Position numbers and translations under genes: made by a program
Assembly (NCBI RefSeq): GCF_000284115.1
Contig: NC_017080.1
Coordinates: 1,470,001-1,502,000, forward strand
Direction of reading: 5' to 3'
Source: Phycisphaera mikurensis NBRC 102666
GTDB taxonomy: Bacteria; Planctomycetota; Phycisphaerae; Phycisphaerales; Phycisphaeraceae
DNA: 32,000 bases
The notes under the pieces: model-generated
Databases searched by the model: none
Told to the model about the DNA's origin: nothing
The model's input: only the letters and a program-made list of their open reading frames with translations
Shown here: positions 30,729 to 32,000 of the stretch, one piece after another
Numbering within the stretch: the stretch's first letter is position 1
Layout: every line of letters starts with the position of its first letter

Positions 30729-30882
30729 CGCGCGGCCCGCGGCCCGTCGCCCAGGCCGAGCGACGCGGACGCGGCGTTGCGCCCGCACGTCCGGCGGAGG
30801 CGGAGGCGCAGACGGGAACTCCGCCCGCGGACCGGCGGGCGTTCCGGCGCTTGGGACCCGCGGTCCGCGGAACCGGGCATCA

Positions 30883-30956
<74 letters not shown>

Positions 30957-30995
30957 CGGGGTGCCGCAGCGTAGCTGCGGCCCGGCGTGGCGGGG

Positions 30996-32000
30996 TCATC
31001 CCGGTGCGGACGGGACCGCTTCCGCCAGGAACAGCGCGAGCAGGTCCCGGCACGCCTCCAGGTCCGCCTTGTGGCAGGCCTCGGTCACGGAGTGGATGTT
31101 GCGGGTGGGCACCGAGAGCGTGAAGGTGCGGGCACCGACGCCGGCGCGCTGGAGGCTGCCGGCATCGGTGCCGCCCCGCATCAGGATGCTGCGCTGGGTG
31201 GGCACGCCGTTCGCCTCGCCGAGCCGCTCGAACGCCTGGAGGATCCCCACGTCGGCGATGCTGGCGGAGTCCATCACGGTGAGGGCGACGCCCTTGCCGA
31301 AGGCGGTCGTCTGCTGGTGCGGGACGCCGCCGGGGGTGTCGACGCAGAGGGTGGTGTCCACGGCGATGCCGACGTGCGGCCGGGCGGTGTAGGCGCTGGT
31401 GAGGGCGCCACGCAGGCCGACCTCCTCCTGGACGGTGAACACGCAGTGCAGCTCGCAGGGGTGCGGCGTGGCGTCGGCCTCCAGCTTCCGGACGGCTTCC
31501 ACCAGCGCCCAGCAGGCGACGCGGTTGTCCATCGCCTGGCCCGCGACGGCGGGGCCCAGGTCCACGAAGGGCTGATCGAGGACGACCATGTCGCCGATTT
31601 TCACGCGCTTCTTGACCTCCTCCGCCGGGAGCGTGGTGTCGATCACCAGGTCGGTGAGGTCGGGCAGCTTCTTGCGGTCTTCCTCGGTCGCGAGGTGCAC
31701 CGGCTTCACGCCGGGGTTCATGAGACCGCGGAGGTCCCGTGACGGATCCGCGGGATCGGGGCAGATCGTCACGACCCGGGCGAAGAGGTTGCGGATGTCG
31801 AAGCCGCCCACCGGTTGCACGCGGAGGAAGCCGTCGTCGTCGATGAAGCGGACGAGGAAGCCGATCTGGTCCATGTGGGCGGCGACCATCACCCGCTGCG
31901 GCGGCTCCGCAGCCGGCCCCCGCGCCGAGCGCACGCACACAAGCGAGCCCAGCGGGTCCGTCGTGACCGTGTCGAAGAGGCCGGCCGCCTCCTCCTCCAG
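30996..32000 (-). CDS. M42 family metallopeptidase (5' end beyond window)
   Basis: VMVAAHMDQIGFLV, VVLDQPFVDLGPAVAGQAMDNRVACWALVEAV, FTVQEEVGLRGALTSA, MRGGTDAGSLQRAGVGARTFTLSVPTRNIHS; reading frame open to the window edge. Confidence 0.9.
   Translation of the reverse strand: MEEEAAGLFDTVTTDPLGSLVCVRSARGPAAEPPQRVMVAAHMDQIGFLVRFIDDDGFLRVQPVGGFDIRNLFARVVTICPDPADPSRDLRGLMNPGVKPVHLATEEDRKKLPDLTDLVIDTTLPAEEVKKRVKIGDMVVLDQPFVDLGPAVAGQAMDNRVACWALVEAVRKLEADATPHPCELHCVFTVQEEVGLRGALTSAYTARPHVGIAVDTTLCVDTPGGVPHQQTTAFGKGVALTVMDSASIADVGILQAFERLGEANGVPTQRSILMRGGTDAGSLQRAGVGARTFTLSVPTRNIHSVTEACHKADLEACRDLLALFLAEAVPSAPG

Overview
Very GC-rich (roughly 74%), densely coded chromosomal window. Gene content suggests a planctomycete, probably Phycisphaerae-like; this is inferred from gene style and not tested. 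It is mostly housekeeping and metabolic genes on both strands: SDR oxidoreductase, RhlE-like DEAD-box helicase, STAS protein, YgfZ/GcvT-like protein, pgk, a predicted outer-membrane protein, ParA-like ATPase, VTT-domain membrane protein, MscS channel, homoserine dehydrogenase, Glu/Leu dehydrogenase, guaB, a secreted hypothetical, 2-oxoacid dehydrogenase E2, DUF421 protein, purE, a thioredoxin-fold protein lacking CxxC, aldo/keto reductase, ispD, a gluzincin/TPR protein, a GAF-AAA-Fis sigma-54 activator, lipoproteins, tRNA-Pro(TGG) and an M42 peptidase cut by the window edge. I see no CRISPR array, no transposase or integrase, and no recognisable defence, secretion or BGC cluster. The unusual signals are non-coding. 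They are: a 158-bp symmetric imperfect palindrome with AT-rich perfect core arms in the DUF421/purE divergent gap, whose end sequence recurs 540 bp away; a 42 x 8-nt purine array with G4-capable edges; two short octanucleotide arrays flanking pgk, one of them coding for a signal peptide; a recurrent CCGCGG(A/T)CC-type palindromic motif almost confined to non-coding DNA; a 79-bp inverted repeat after guaB; a 22-bp perfect palindrome; and a nested hairpin in the presumed helicase leader.
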